DNA of 64,000 bases, from positions 151,778,001-151,842,000 of the forward strand of contig CM059432.1 in NCBI GenBank assembly GCA_030390025.1, in the 5' to 3' direction. This stretch comes from Squalus acanthias. Its lineage: Eukaryota. Position numbers and translations under genes: made by a program. Below the pieces are notes generated by a model that did no database searches, was not told the origin of the DNA, and saw only the letters and a program-made list of their open reading frames with translations. Within the stretch, counting starts at the first letter, position 1. Every line of letters starts with the position of its first letter. This document shows positions 37,940 to 51,469 of the stretch, in pieces.

Positions 37940-40900
37940 GGTGGAGTGTTTGCTAGTGCTCTGGGGGAGGATTTAAACTAAAATGGCAGGGGGTTGGGAA
38001 CCTGAGCAGGGAGACAGAGAAAAGGGAAACAAGGATAGAAGCAAAAGACAGGAAGGAGAAAAACAAAGGTGGCAGTCAGAGAAATCAAGGGTTTAAATCA
38101 AACATGGCCACAGTAAATAATAATTCTAAAAGGTCTAAGAGCATTAAAAAAACAAGCCTGAAGGCTTTGTGTCTTAATGCGAGGAGCATTCGTAATAAGG
38201 TGGATGAATTAGCTGCGCAAATAGAGGTAAACAAATATGATATGATTGGGATTACGGAAACATGGCTCCAGGGTGACCAAGGCTGGGAACTCAACATCCA
38301 GGGGTATTCAATATTCAGGAAAGATAGGCAAAAAGGAAAAGGAGGTGGGGTAGCATTGCTGGTTAAAGAGGGGATTAACACAATTGTAAGGAAGGATATT
38401 AGCTCTGATGATGTGGAATCTGTATGGGTAGAACTGAGAAATACCAAGGGGCAGAAAACGTTAGTGGGAGTGGTATACAGAACCCCAAACAGTAATGCGG
38501 AGGTTGGGGATGGCATTAAAAGGGAAATTAGAGAATCGTGCAATAATGGCACAGCAGTTATCATGGGTGACTTTAATTTACATATAGATTGGGCTAACCA
38601 AATTAGTAACAGTACTGTGGAGGAGGAATTCCTGGAGTGTATACGGGATGGTTTCCTGGACCAATATGTCGAGGAACCAACTAGAGATCAGGCCATCTTA
38701 GACAGGGTATTATGTAATGAGAAAGGATTAATTAGCAATCTTGTTGTGCGAGGCCTCTTGGGTCAGAGCGATCATAATATGATAGAATTCTTCATTAAAA
38801 TGGAGAGTGAAGTAGTTGACTCGGAGACTAGGGTCCTGAATTTAAATAAAGGAAACTACAATGGTATGAGGCGCGAGTTGGGTAGGATTGATTGGGGAAT
38901 GTTACTCAAAGGGCTGACGGTGGATAGGCAATGGCAAATGTTCAAAGATCGCATGGCTGAACTGCAGAATTTGTTCATCCCAGTTTGGCATAAAAATAAA
39001 ACAAAAAAGGTGACTTAACCGTGGCTAACAAGGGAAATTAGGAATAGCATAAGATCCAAGGAGAAGACATATAAATTGGCCAGAAAAAGCAGTAAACCTG
39101 AGGATTGGGAGCAGTTTAGAATTCAGCAAAGGAGGACAAAGGGATTAATTAAGAGGGGGGAAATAGAGTATGAGAGTAAGTTTTCAGGGAACATAAAAAC
39201 TGACTGTAAAAGCTTTTATAGATATGTGAAGAGAAAAAGATTGGTGAAGTCAAACGTAGGTCCCTGCAGTCAGAATCAGGGGAATTTATAATGGGGAACA
39301 AAGAAATGGCTGACCAATTAAATACATACTTTGGTTCTGTCTTCACAAAGGAGGACACAAATAACCTCCCAGAGATGTCGGGGAACATAGGGTCTAATGA
39401 GAGGGAGGAACTGAATGAAATCAGTATTTGTAGGGAAATGGTGTTTGGGAAATGCCGATAAATCCCCAGGGCCTGATAATCTACATCCTAGGGTACTTAA
39501 GGAAGTGGCCCTAGAAATAGTAGATGCATTGCTGGTCATCTACCAAAATTCGATAGATTCTGGAACAGTACCCATGGATTGGAGGGTAGCTAATGTTACC
39601 CCACTATTCAAAAAAGGTGGTAGAGAGAAAACGGGGAATTATAGACCGATAAGCCTGACATCGATAGTGGGGAAAATGCTGGAGTCCATTATAAAAGATG
39701 TAATAGCAGAGCACTTGGAAAACAGTGACAGGATCGGACAAAGTCAACATGGATTTACAAAAGGTAAATCATGCTTGACTAATCTACTGGAATTTTTTGA
39801 AGATGTAACTGGTAGAATATGTAAGGGAGAACCAGTGGATGTGGTGTATTTGGACTTTCAGAAGGCTTTCGATAAGGTCCCGCATAAGAGATTAACGTGT
39901 AAAGTTAAGGCACATGGGATTGGGGGTAAGGTATTGACTTGGATAGAGAACTGGTTGGCAGACAGAAGGCAAAGAGTTGGAATAAACGGGTCTTTTTCCG
40001 AGTGGCAGGCAGTGACTAGTGGGGTACCGCAGGGATCGGTCCTAGGACCCCAGCTATTCACAATATATATCAATGATCTAGACGAAGGAACGAGATGTAA
40101 TATCTCCAAGTTTGCAGATGACACAAAGCTGGGTGGGCGTGTGTGCTGTGAAGAGGATGCCGAAAAACTCCAGTATGATTTGGACAGGTTGGGTGATTGG
40201 GCAGAATCATGGCAGATGCATTATAATGTGGATAAATGCGAGGTTATCCACTTTGGTGTCAAAAACGGGAAGGGAGATTATTATCTGAATGGCAATAGAT
40301 TGGGAGAAGGGGAAGTGCAACGAGACCTGGGTGTCCTTGTGCACCAGTCGTTGAAGGTAAGCATGCAGGTGCAGCAGGCGGTTAAGAAGGCAAATGGTAT
40401 GTTGGCCTTCGTAGCGAGAGGGTTCGAGTACAGGAGCAAGGATGTCTTGCTGCAGTTGTACAGGGCTTTGGTGAGACCACACCTTGAGTATTGTGTGCAG
40501 TTTTGGTCGCCTTATCTGAGGAAGGATGTTCTTGCCATGGAGGGAGTGCAGCGAAGATTCACCAGGCTGATACCTGGGATGGCAGGAATGACGTATGAGG
40601 AGAGATTGGGTCGATTGGGCTTATACTCACGAGTTTAGAAGAATGAGAGGGGATCTCATTGAAACGTATAAAATTCTAACAGGACTAGACAGACTAGATG
40701 CAGGAAGGATGTTCCCGATGGTCGGGGAGTCCAGAACAAGAGGTCACAGTCTAAAGATAAGGGGTAAGCCATTTAAGACTGAGATGAGGAGGAATTTCTT
40801 CACCCAGAGAGTGGTGAACCTGTGGAATTCTCTACTACAGAAGGCAGTGGAGGCCAATTCATTAAATATATTCAAGAAGGAGTTAGATATATTTCTTAAG

Positions 40901-41038
40901 GCTAAAGGGATCAAGGGATATGGGGAAAAGGCAGGGACAGGGTACTGAATTTGGATGATCAGCCATGATCTCATTGAATGGCGGAGCAGGCTAGAGCGGC
41001 CGAATGGCCTGCTCCTGCTCCAATCTTCTATGTTTCTA
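37940..41038 (+). mobile_element. Young CR1 LINE, nearly complete ORF2 (APE endonuclease + RT), nested in the Harbinger
   Basis: ORFs 38104..39018, 39415..40638, 40595..40948 with few disruptions; TTCTATGT tail. Confidence 0.96.
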
Positions 41039-41419
41039 AGTGAATGAAACCCCAGATCCCCATTGCTCACCACATCCCCATCATACCATCCCTCTGTCAC
41101 GGAATATCACAGTGTCCACGGCTGCAATGAGAGCCACCACATAACAAACATTCCAAAACGAAATTAATAAATTTATAACTGTTCAATTTACATTATAATA
41201 TCAACTCATCACCCTTATGCAATTCCTTAGTGCCTGTCCTTTGTGTGCCCTTTCCTACCCTGGTGCTCCTATGCAGTGCTCCCCCAGTGGGTGCAGCATG
41301 GCTGGTGGAAGGCTGCTGAGTTTCCATGGGGGAGACTTCAGATGGCCTTGCAGGACGACCTCAACCAGCTGTGGACCGAGAAGGCCCGGCTGTAGACTGC
41401 ACCAACTCGGCATAGGCAG

Positions 41420-43130
41420 CATCAGTCTGAGCTGGCTGGCTGGCTGACGGGCAGCGGCAAGGGCAGTGGCAGTGGTAGGAATAGGAATTCTGTCATCCTA
41501 AAACAGGACAGCAGGTTCCTACTCCACAGACCCACCTCAACTCCCCCGGTGTGGTGCCTCAGCATTCCTAGCAATCTGTAGGAGGACAGATTACTGGGCT
41601 GCTGCGACACCCTGCAAGCCCCTTTCGACACTGGTAAACCCAGCCACGAATGCAGCAGTCTAATCTTGTGTGGCAGCAAGCTGAGCCTGCAGGAGCGCTG
41701 TCTGCGCTTCCACTGCAGCACTGAGACATTGGGTCGCTTCCACCTGTGCTGCAGTGGAAGCCGCGACATCGCCCATCACACCCAGCATCATGGCTGGGTC
41801 CACAAGGTCTCTCCTGGAGTTGTCCATCATTTCCATCCTAGAAATCATGGGCTCCAAGCTCTGCGCAAAGCCCCGTCCAATGTTGGAGCCGGACTCCTCC
41901 ATGCTCCTTGACGTTGCCAAGAGGTTCTCTGGCAGGCTTGGCATTGCACCTAGCATTTCGGTGTGTATGCCCATCACCCTTCTTCTGAAGGCCGCCCCAT
42001 CGAGGTCATCATCTGAGTCGTATGCAGCAGAACTCGTGCGTAAACTCACCCACTGGGGAGCTGACCCCTGAAGCTACCCTTACCCCCTGGCCTGGCTGCA
42101 GCCCACTCGTGCCCAGTGCCTCAACATGTGCAGATCCTGCATCTACATTCCGCGCAGTGCCAATTTCTGAGCTGGTGTCTGCGAGTGTCAGATGCAGTGA
42201 CGGTGTGCCGCCTTCTTCATCTCCACTCTTCTCCATTACTTTGGGGACAGGCTGTGCAGGTGGCAGTCCTTGGTCATCTGAAAGCAGAAAGGCACAAGAG
42301 TCAGGTTATGGTGAGGGGAGGTGGGGGAAGCAAAATATCCATGCATACACCATCAGCAGCTTGCAAGTAAGAAGAGATTGTGGAATGTGGGGAAGTGGGA
42401 TACGAGAAGAAGGATTAGGAATGAGCATACCGTTATTGTCCCCAAGGGCTTCAACTTTGCCCGTTGCCACGGCCTCAGTGACTTCCTCTCCAATTATATC
42501 GAGCACTGCCTCCTCCAGTTGGGTCAAGGCCTATAAAGCAGCTTGGCTGCCTCCCGTCTACCATTCCCGGCGGTTGTGAGCCTCCTTGGCCTGCAAGAGA
42601 AAGGGTAGTGTGTCAGTGAGTGTGGTGCAATGTGTTTCGGTAATGTGCTGTTGAATAGCTGTCAGTGTGTGCAAGGTGTGAGATGCAAGTGAGAGTGTTG
42701 CAGCAGTGGTAAGGTTGTGAGAGTGAAGTGAAGCTGTGATTGTGAGGTCTGAGTGGTGAAAGGTAGATATTATTGGTAGGTGAGTGATGGGGATGTGATG
42801 CATTGAGCAGTGTGTGAGGCTTGTGGTGCAGTTGGTGGGATATGGCATTTGCTGAAGCCTTCACTCACCTTGACCTGCCGTGTGAAGTCAAGTAAACTTT
42901 TTGTGGCACTGGATCCATGTCCTTGGTACGCCACTGTTGGCTGTGACGTACCCAGCTATCTCTTGCCACAGTCTTCTCGAAGTATGCGCTGATGGCTTCC
43001 TGCCACCCTGTGGGAACAGGACAGCCCGCCTCCTCTCCAAGACCAGTACCAATGCCTCCAGAGCCACATCAGAGAACCTTCTGGCTCGTTCTCTTTGCTG
43101 CTGCTGAGCCTTGTGTTTCAAATGGAATTC
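41420..43130 (-). pseudogene. Harbinger Myb/SANT-like DNA-binding gene; probable exons about 43130-42869, 42590-42431, 42277-41420
   Basis: RARRFSDVALEALV...LW.EIA..V...RTW.QC.KKF motif; GT-AG sites on the minus strand; coiled-coil-like third exon. Confidence 0.8.
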
Positions 43131-43629
43131 CAACTGCATTGACAATGACGGTGCTGCTGCATCAAAGCACCTCCCCTTTAAGTAGTGGAGTAAGACTAGG
43201 CCAAACATTACTGGCCATTAGACTACACCTGATATTGGCTCACCTGTTGAGCAGCAAGCCAATCAGCATCGCGTTTAGCGCTGAGATCAGCACTCCAATC
43301 GTGTAAATGAGCAGGCAGCACGAATTTTGCGTGCTGCCTGGACCACTTGAACAGGCGCAGCCAAATAGCGCTGGGCCATGACACCGCCCGTTTTCGGGCC
43401 ATATCCAATTTCTAGGCCATTGTGATTAAAATGCTAATTTCCCAAGAAGGGTACACTTTTTTAGGTAACAAGAAATAATTCAGTTGTACAATACAGTCAA
43501 AAATTGGGTTACTTTTGTACATTTTAACTGTACAAGTACAATCTTTATTCCTTTGGTACAGCTATAAATTTAACAGGAAAATGTGGGTTTTTTTGTTCAA
43601 AGTTCATTTGTTGGAATTTTGTTACACAG

Positions 43630-43765
43630 GCACCTGTCAACCGTTCTAGGCAACAAATTTGATCATAGTGCTGAAGCCATTGTGCCTACGTTATTTAACC
43701 TCATCCCAAACTGTGCAAAAGTGATGGCAACATCTGGAGTAGCAACAATTAGGTGCATCATCCGT
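43630..43765 (+). CDS. CLASP2: CLASP2 coding exon: HLSTVLGNKFDHSAEAIVPTLFNLIPNCAKVMATSGVATIRCIIR
   Basis: cacag| acceptor, |gtgagt donor, 136 nt phase 2-0; partly visible in ORF 43583..43852. Confidence 0.96.
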
Positions 43766-43997
43766 GTGAGTACATCGTGTATATATTCTCTTTCAACTTG
43801 TGTTAGTGATTACTTAGTCTTTTTTTCATTCTTATTTGTTCATCCTCCATAGTCAAGGAGGAATTGCCGAGGTCATTTGCACTGTTAGTGAGCAATATTG
43901 AGCAAAAGGAGTCTTACTTCCACATGTAGATAAGTGAAGCCAACAGAAAGTATTTGAAATTCAATATTGGCAGAATGCACCATCCGTATAAGACACT

Positions 43998-44725
43998 GGG
44001 CTGTATTTTGCGACCCCTACGGGTGCGAACGAGGTGTGTACGCGCCCGTAGGGGCCGCGCAAGTTCAGGGTTTAGGTATGCGAAGCGCATGCGCCAAAAC
44101 CCAGAACTTGTGACCTGTCAAGAATCCTCTTGACAGATCCTCCGCATCCCCGGGAGATGGGCCTCTGCGGGTGGAGAGTTGCGCTATTTGCCCAACTTCC
44201 GCCCGCTGAAATGCCTGTGAAATTCTTACGCCTGGTAAAAGCAGGCGTCAGGCCTGCCTTTACCAGCATAAGAGATTTAAAAAATAGAAGTACATGAAAA
44301 ACCCTGTCCAATAAGGTAAGCTTATTTTTAGCCCCGTTAAAACATATCATTTCTTTTCCAAAAAATTAAATTTTTGTTTAAAATATTTAATTAAATGGCA
44401 TTTTAATTAATTTTAAATATGTAATTTAAAAAATTTTATTTCATGTGTTCGTGTATTTTTGAAGTGATCCCCATTCATACTTATGAGAGTTTTGTACGTA
44501 CGGAACTCCCATAAGTATGAATGGGGATTCCCTTCTTTTATTGGTTGGGCTGGCCCACGTGATCCCAGGGGTGCTTGCGAACCTCATGTGCCCCTGCGAT
44601 ATGTGAGCCTCTGCCCGCGTGTACCCAGAGAGGCCCAGGATCGCAAGCCTCCATACTTCCCGGGCCACCAGGTAAATGCGTAGATATTTTACAGGTCGGA
44701 AGCCTCCGATTGCAAATGTTGGGCC
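43998..44725. mobile_element. Harbinger-type MITE
   Basis: GGGCTGTATTTTGC...GCAAATGTTGGGCC imperfect TIRs; flanks ACT/ATT; CpG-rich arms around an AT-rich core. Confidence 0.6.
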
Positions 44726-45027
44726 ATTGTTGTTAAGGCCATTGGCCTTAGCCACCAGTGTTTTACCAAGTGCCTGTTAATATGATCAGCTTTTTTTAGG
44801 CAGCAGAGACTACACATCTGGATGACTGGCTCATTGCTTCCTGCAGAGCCAGCATTCGACCAGATGGTAATTCTGCTGGAATGTGTGGAATGCATGTTCA
44901 ATTGAGAAAAATCCCAATTGTGTCGAATACAAGACCTTGCTTCCATCAGACAGGTTTGTGGCACACACAATGCTCAAAAGTGCAAGTGAAGTTCAGGCAA
45001 ATCAGCAGCATTGTCTGCATAAGCACT

Positions 45028-46110
45028 TAAGAAATAGGAGCAGGAGTCGGCCATACAGCCCCTCGAACCTGCTCCGCCATTCAGTAAGATCATGCCTGAT
45101 CTTCTACCTCAACTCCACTTTTCCGCCCTATCCCCATATCCCTTGATTCCCTTAGTGTCTAAAAATCTATCGATCTCAGTCTTGAATATACTCAACAGCC
45201 CTCTGGGGCAGGGAATTCCAATGATTCCCAACCCTCTGAGTGAAGAAATTTCTCCTCATCTCAGTCCCAAATCGCTGACCCCTTATCATGAGTCTATGAC
45301 CCCCTAGTTCTAGATTCTTTAGCCAGGGGAAACAGCCTTTCAGCATTGACCCTGTCAAGCCCTCTAAGAATCTTGTACTTTTCAATGAGATCACCTCTCA
45401 TTCTTCTAAACTCAAGAGAATATAGGCCCTTCCTACTCAATCTCTACTCATAGGACAACCCTCCCATCCCAGGAATCAATCTAGTGAACCTTATGTGTGC
45501 TCCCTCTAAGGCAAGTATATCCTTCCTTGGGTAAGGAGACCAAAACTGTACACAGTAATCCAGGTGTGATCTCACCAAAGCCCTATATAATTGCAGTAAG
45601 ACTTCCTTACTCTTATACTTCAACCCCATTGCATTAAATTCTAACACACCATTTGTCTTCCGAATTGCTTGCTGTACCTGCATATTAACTTTCTATGTTT
45701 CGTGTACAAGGACACCCAAATCCTTCTGAATGCCAACATTTACTAGTCTTTCACCTTTAAAAAATATTCTGCTTTTTCTATAAGTGGATAATTACACATT
45801 TCCCCACAGTATACTCCATTTGCCACCTTCTTGCCCACTTACTTAACCTGTCTATATCCCTTTGCAGCCTCTTTGCGTCCTCCTTGCAGCTTACTTTCCT
45901 ACTGAGCTTTGTATCGTCTGCAAGCTTACATACATTACACTTGGTCCCCTCATCTAAGTCATTAATATGGATTGTAAATAGCTGAGCCCTTGCGGCACTC
46001 CACTAGTTACAACCTGTCAACCCGAAAATGACCCGTTTATTCTTACTCTCTCTTCTGTCTGTTAACCAATCCTCAGTCCATGTTAATATATTACCCCAAT
46101 CCCATGAGCC
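45028..46110 (-). mobile_element. CR1 LINE 3' fragment
   Basis: MQVQQAIRK...LDYCVQFWSP; EMRRNFFTQRV; CR1 tail. Confidence 0.9.
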
Positions 46111-46756
46111 CATGGCAGAAGGCATTTTATTGTGCCTTTTGTAAACGTATTCATTTGGCCTGTACAAGTGGACAATCTTGCAGTTAGCTACCTTACAGAC
46201 CATCCACTGTCCCAAGAAATCATCTGACATCTTTCAGTGTTGGTCACAGAGCACCCAAACCTTGGCTGTGGCTGCAGCCCCACTCCCTCACCAGTGCCTC
46301 TGTTGCAAGATAGGGAGCCATCTGGAGCCAGCTTGGGTCCTGGGAGTTTAAGATATGCTGCGCGTATAAATAGACTTCAGCTTTGTGCACTATGACTGGC
46401 CCTGACTCATTTGAAGATAGTATACAGGTAGGGAGAGGGTTTGCAGAAATTTTCTAAAGGACATGGTGGGTTGGATAGAGTCCAAGTCGCATTTTAACAA
46501 GCCATGGTTTCTTTTACTCCAGTGATATAGAGAGATTTCCTTATAAAGTGTCAGATTTTCTTGAGGAATAAGGTCACGAGCGCTTACATGTTCAGAAGGT
46601 TGTTTTTCAGGCCCTTGGTGATGTATGCACAGTGCTACTTCAGTCTTTCTCATCCAGTAAAAAAAAACGTCTTTGCGCGTTACATGTTATATATAGATCT
46701 TGATGGTATAACTTAATTTGATTACAAAGGATACTAACTTATTTTTTTTCATGCAG

Positions 46757-46827
46757 CACACTCACGTTCCAAGGTTGACACCCTTAATAACTAGCAATTG
46801 TACTTCAAAGTCAGTGGCTGTGAGGAG
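46757..46827 (+). CDS. CLASP2: CLASP2 coding exon: HTHVPRLTPLITSNCTSKSVAVR(R)
   Basis: tgcag| acceptor, |gtaaga donor, 71 nt phase 0-2. Confidence 0.95.
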
Positions 46828-49613
46828 GTAAGACATTGAAGGCATTTACTTCAGTTGTTTGTTTCCAAACAAAATTGTATGTTCTTGTGGACTATATAGC
46901 TGATCAGGGCCAAGGCAAACTTTGAGAGTGGCCATTTTTATAATAATTGTTTTCAAATGTCAATACTTCGAAACTGAACATTTTCCACTTCGTTACATAA
47001 CCTTTCATTGCTGGCATAATTCTAGTTATCTTTACTCTATCCTCTCAATGGTTCTAATATCCTGGAATTATTAATTTAAATATTATGAGTGGGTAATGAA
47101 TTATTTGCAGTGGGAGTGAATGGAAAGCAATTTAGTCAGATTTGATTAAATCAGAATTTTGATTATCAGGCCAGTGCACGCTGTGGATTTATGTTTTTAT
47201 TTTAAATGCCTATTCTAGTTCAAGAGAGCTGGTTTCAGTCCTGTTTGTGAGTGCATAATTGAGGCTGGGAGACCATTTCTCTTGTACTATGGCTGTATTA
47301 TGATCAAATTGTATATGAGGACAATTCTTTGCCCTTGTAAGTGAAAATGAATGTTGAGTGGTTTACCTAATTAAGAGATTGCCATCAGTCTATGTGGGAC
47401 AAGGTGTTAATGCTAGTCATGTGTCAAGAGATTTACTTTGTTGGCCAAGAAGATATTTTCAGATTAATTTATATTATGATGTTGCTGTTAAGTTAAATTC
47501 ATTTTGTAAGTGGTTAACTCCCAGAAATGCACAAGTTATCCAGAATGATATTACGGGCATATTAGTTTGGAGATCAGCCATCTCCAAATTCTATTTTTTG
47601 TCTACCAGGTTAGTTTGTATCATGAAGCTTATTTGCCACCTCCGAGAGATATTCACAGCCCTAGTAATAGAATGGCTTGCATTCATTGAAGAGAGCAGAG
47701 ATCTTCGCGAAACAGGCAAAATTGGTGCCATGGCTCGCTCCCACACCAGGGAGGGAAAGGATCCTCTTTCAGGATTTTGTTTGGTAGTTTGTGTTGAGTC
47801 AATCTTCAACACAGAATTCTGGTGGTAGTACAGAGTTTAAGTTGTTAGCCTCCTCTCTGTGGCGGGGGAAGGGGAGAGGGTGGTAGGCAGGCTATAGGAG
47901 GTTTGTGTCTGGATAATGAGAGAGGCACAGATGTCTCCCTTTCTAAGTTAGTGCCAGTCAACAATTCTTGTAAAGTAAGGTAGGCCCATATCAAGGACAG
48001 AGTTTGCTTAATTCATTATTTTTGACATTGAGGGGCAATAGGAAATGAATAAAACCTGTTGTGAAAATTCTGTTTGTCATCTAAAGTATGATTTTCATGT
48101 AAAATAAGAATTTGTTGGTTTGTAGTTGGCCTTGTTTCACAAGAATGCTCAATAGTTTGCCCTCTGAAATACAGGAGAAACACATGTGCAAAATCATAGT
48201 ACAGTATCCAGTTCACACTATGAGGCGTTCATTGTTCTGCCTCCCACTGTAAATGACAATATGGTATAACTAGATATTGATGGTAAATTTATTCTCCAGA
48301 TTGTAGGGGATGCTGGGGGGTCTTAAAGAAGTGACTGAGGACACTGCACCCAAGAGACTAGTGCAGAACAGAAATTTGAAACAGTATCACTTTCCATGTA
48401 TACCAGACATTTGGTCACTATATTGAACTTGGTCTTTTATTCAGGAAGCTGCTCAGGTTTCCTCAGCTGGAATCCAACTGCTATTGGAGTGTGTGCATGT
48501 GCAAATGTGTGAAAGAGAGAGAGACAGAGAGATAAATCATAGTAGTTGTAGTCATTTTTGCCCTACTCCTGTGGGCCAGCAATACACAGATTGCACTACA
48601 GCAGTCAGGTAGGAAAGGATTGGGGTGTTCTTGGCTTCTATGAAGAAATTATGTGTGAGAGAGTGTTGAAATTTTCATCCAATTTCTGTGGAACTGAAGT
48701 ACCCAGAGTGTTTCAATGACAAACCAAAAAAATTACAAATAACTGAAGTATGAGTGCTACAATTTTATATATCTTTGTACACTTTAAGCCATTAAATAAA
48801 GTTTCTGAGTTAACGATTTAGTTTGTAAAGGTGCTTTTTGTGTTGCCGAAGGAAATCGGTCTTTGCATTGAGCCAGAAGGGATGCTTGAGGTGCTTTAAT
48901 GTTGCTTTAGATATTGGTCATTGAGACAGGAATCAATCAGCCAGCCAGACCAGAACCATGGTGCAGTCCCAGTGTGGCTGGCTGATTTGACTGTTCAGGT
49001 GTGGGTCACTAAAGCCTTCACAGTGGGGGGAAATCTCCTTGAGCACTCCAACACCAATGAGGATGAACCACGGTGAGAAGTGAAGGAAGAAAAAAAACTC
49101 ATCTATAATTCTGGAACTAACTCAGAAAACTGCCAAGAGATATTTGGCCAGGAAAGAACAACAAATTTACTTGTATTTTAAGTAAAATGGTGAATTAATA
49201 ATATGAAAAGTATATCGGAGGCCCTGTAAGTTTCATTATTTTTAACCTCGTTAGTATCTGATATATTCCTTAATAATTTTTGCCATATTAGAGCAAACTG
49301 CAATTGAACTTAGGCTGCAGTGGCTAACAATGACATCAAAAACTCTCACTATAATCCCACACTACTTGGAGCAGCTTTGCTGTCCCAGTTTGAGTTGTAG
49401 AAACCCTGATAACTTTTGCTGTTGACTGTATGTTTACGCAGCACACGGTTACCTAAGTGGGCAAAGTAACCTGTTTACATTATCTAAACTGTTCACAGAA
49501 ATATTTCTTGTTAACTTAAAATTCCAGATGTCAAGCAAGAGCTTGAGCTCAACTTGGAAAGTATTGATCATTTCATTTGTACAAGACTGACTTTTCCATA
49601 TTATTATTTATAG

Positions 49614-49673
49614 ACGCTGTTTTGAGTTTTTAGATTTGTTGCTGCAGGAATGGCACACACATTCCCTGGAAAG
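49614..49673 (+). CDS. CLASP2: CLASP2 coding exon: RCFEFLDLLLQEWHTHSLE(R)
   Basis: tatag| acceptor, |gtaagg donor, 60 nt phase 2-2. Confidence 0.95.
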
Positions 49674-50973
49674 GTAAGGACATGAAGTAGAAATTCAAAA
49701 GAAGTAAAATCTGTTTCTGAGGAGAAAGTCTCCAATCAGGGTGTGCACAATAATATCTAATGATACTTGTTAATCATTTGACTAAGTTTTTTTTCAAAGC
49801 TCATTGCATCTTTTATTTGTAAATCTGTAGTGATTTATTAAAAAGCGTGATAGAAATGCTAAGTCACAGAGACAAATGGTGTGCTAAATATTGTATGCAA
49901 ATTTGAAAATTGATTATTTTTGCACCTCCAAATTGAGAGTAAAACTATATGGGCTTTGTAGGGCTTGCTTGTTGGTGATGTCCTACCATTTGCAAACAGA
50001 CTTAAACAGATGTCAAGGTTGTGGTTATTTTATGTAACTCATTTTAATTGAATATTTTGTATACACGAGTAAATATATTTCATATCTGTATACTTTGTAA
50101 TAGCATATAAAGTAAAAATTTACCTCAAAAGTTAATTCCCAAACTGGTGACATACTTTTAGAAGTTCTAACATTTGCAATTGGTTAAAAGCAAAAGTTCT
50201 AAATCTCAATTTTCTACCATATAACAGTACTGCTCCCTTACTTTGTTATGCACTGTTTTACTGAGTGATATAATAAATTGATTAGCTAATGCAAGAAGCT
50301 TGGCTAAGGTTCAACCACAGCTTCCATCAGTTGCTTAAAATGCAAAGGAAAATATATATTTGGAAAAATTGAAAGACGAAAGTTCAGGATTGTAAATATT
50401 TCACTTTGTATTTTTAGTAAGAGCATCAATTTACACTTAGATGGGAAGATACTTTTTAAAAAAAAAAACCCTTCTGAAGAAATCAACTAATCTAGAGTAA
50501 ACGTGTACTGTGAACCCCAAATTCAGATTACAGCCTGTGTTAGAAAGCTACTTGTCTCAGAAGATTAAAATCTATCTCAAAAGTGGGGTGGTTTTTTTTT
50601 TGTCATGCCTCAGCTTTAGGTCCTGTTCTGCATGCCCCCTCAGTCAAAGACAACCTACTTGCATGTCTGTGCCAGTGCTACTCTTTGATGAGGTGCTAGA
50701 AGGTATGGGTGCCCATGCTTATGTATTGTCTAGTTGTTTTCTCCCCTGCTGCCTCTGCTCGACACCTACAGCATGGAGGATAATGTGGCACGTCAGGGAT
50801 TGAGAGAAAGAAACAATTGCTATAATTAGGAAGCACATTGTGTTGGTACACCAGTTGGCTGTCACAATCAGTATAGATGGGTTTCACTCTATGTATTGAT
50901 ACATAGGCATTTTTAATGATTACAGTGTTTTAGTTAAGCTATTAACCGATGCATAATTCTATATTTTGCTTAG

Positions 50974-51051
50974 ACATGTGACTGTTCTGGTGGAGACAAT
51001 CAAGAAGGGCATTTCGGACGCTGATGCAGAAACCAGACAGGAAGCTAGAAA
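50974..51051 (+). CDS. CLASP2: CLASP2 coding exon: HVTVLVETIKKGISDADAETRQEAR(K)
   Basis: cttag| acceptor, |gtacgg donor, 78 nt phase 2-2. Confidence 0.93.
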
Positions 51052-51339
51052 GTACGGAAGTACTACAGAGCTAATCCAATTTTTAAAACAAAACAGTAAA
51101 TCTGCTCCAGATTAACACGGAGCCTTTTATTGAATTAAAAAGTAACAGTTTGTAGATATGTAATGTACAGAGAAAATATATATAAAATGCAACTGTAATT
51201 GTAATCAACATTGATGATCTTCAATTACACACACACTTTTTTTTGTTAAATATCATTCTATTTAATAAACTGCAATTCTGCCCATTGAACACATTAAATG
51301 TGATGACACAAGCTGCTACAATACTATTACCCCCATATT

Positions 51340-51460
51340 TCACCTGACGAAGGAGCAGCGCTCCGAAAGCTTGTGATTTCAAATAAAACTGTTGGACTAT
51401 AACCTGGTGTTGTGCAACTTCTCACATTTGTCCACCCCAGTCCAACACCGGCATCTCCAC
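51340..51460 (+). mobile_element. Penelope-like terminal repeat monomer with hammerhead motif
   Basis: Nearly identical to the right arm of 21501-21628; flanked by CATATT on both sides. Confidence 0.8.
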
Positions 51461-51469
51461 ATATTGGTT

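Larger units (their letters stand above)
36395..43418 (+). mobile_element. Full-length but defective PIF/Harbinger-superfamily DNA transposon
   Basis: Perfect 15-bp TIR GGCCTAGAAATTGGA/TCCAATTTCTAGGCC; 3-bp TSD ATT; convergent transposase and Myb/SANT-like genes. Confidence 0.93.

Noticed and set aside
38104..40948. Host reverse-transcriptase gene or active LINE
   Set aside because: 5'-truncated CR1 with a stop and frameshifts; the same holds for 58510-61338.
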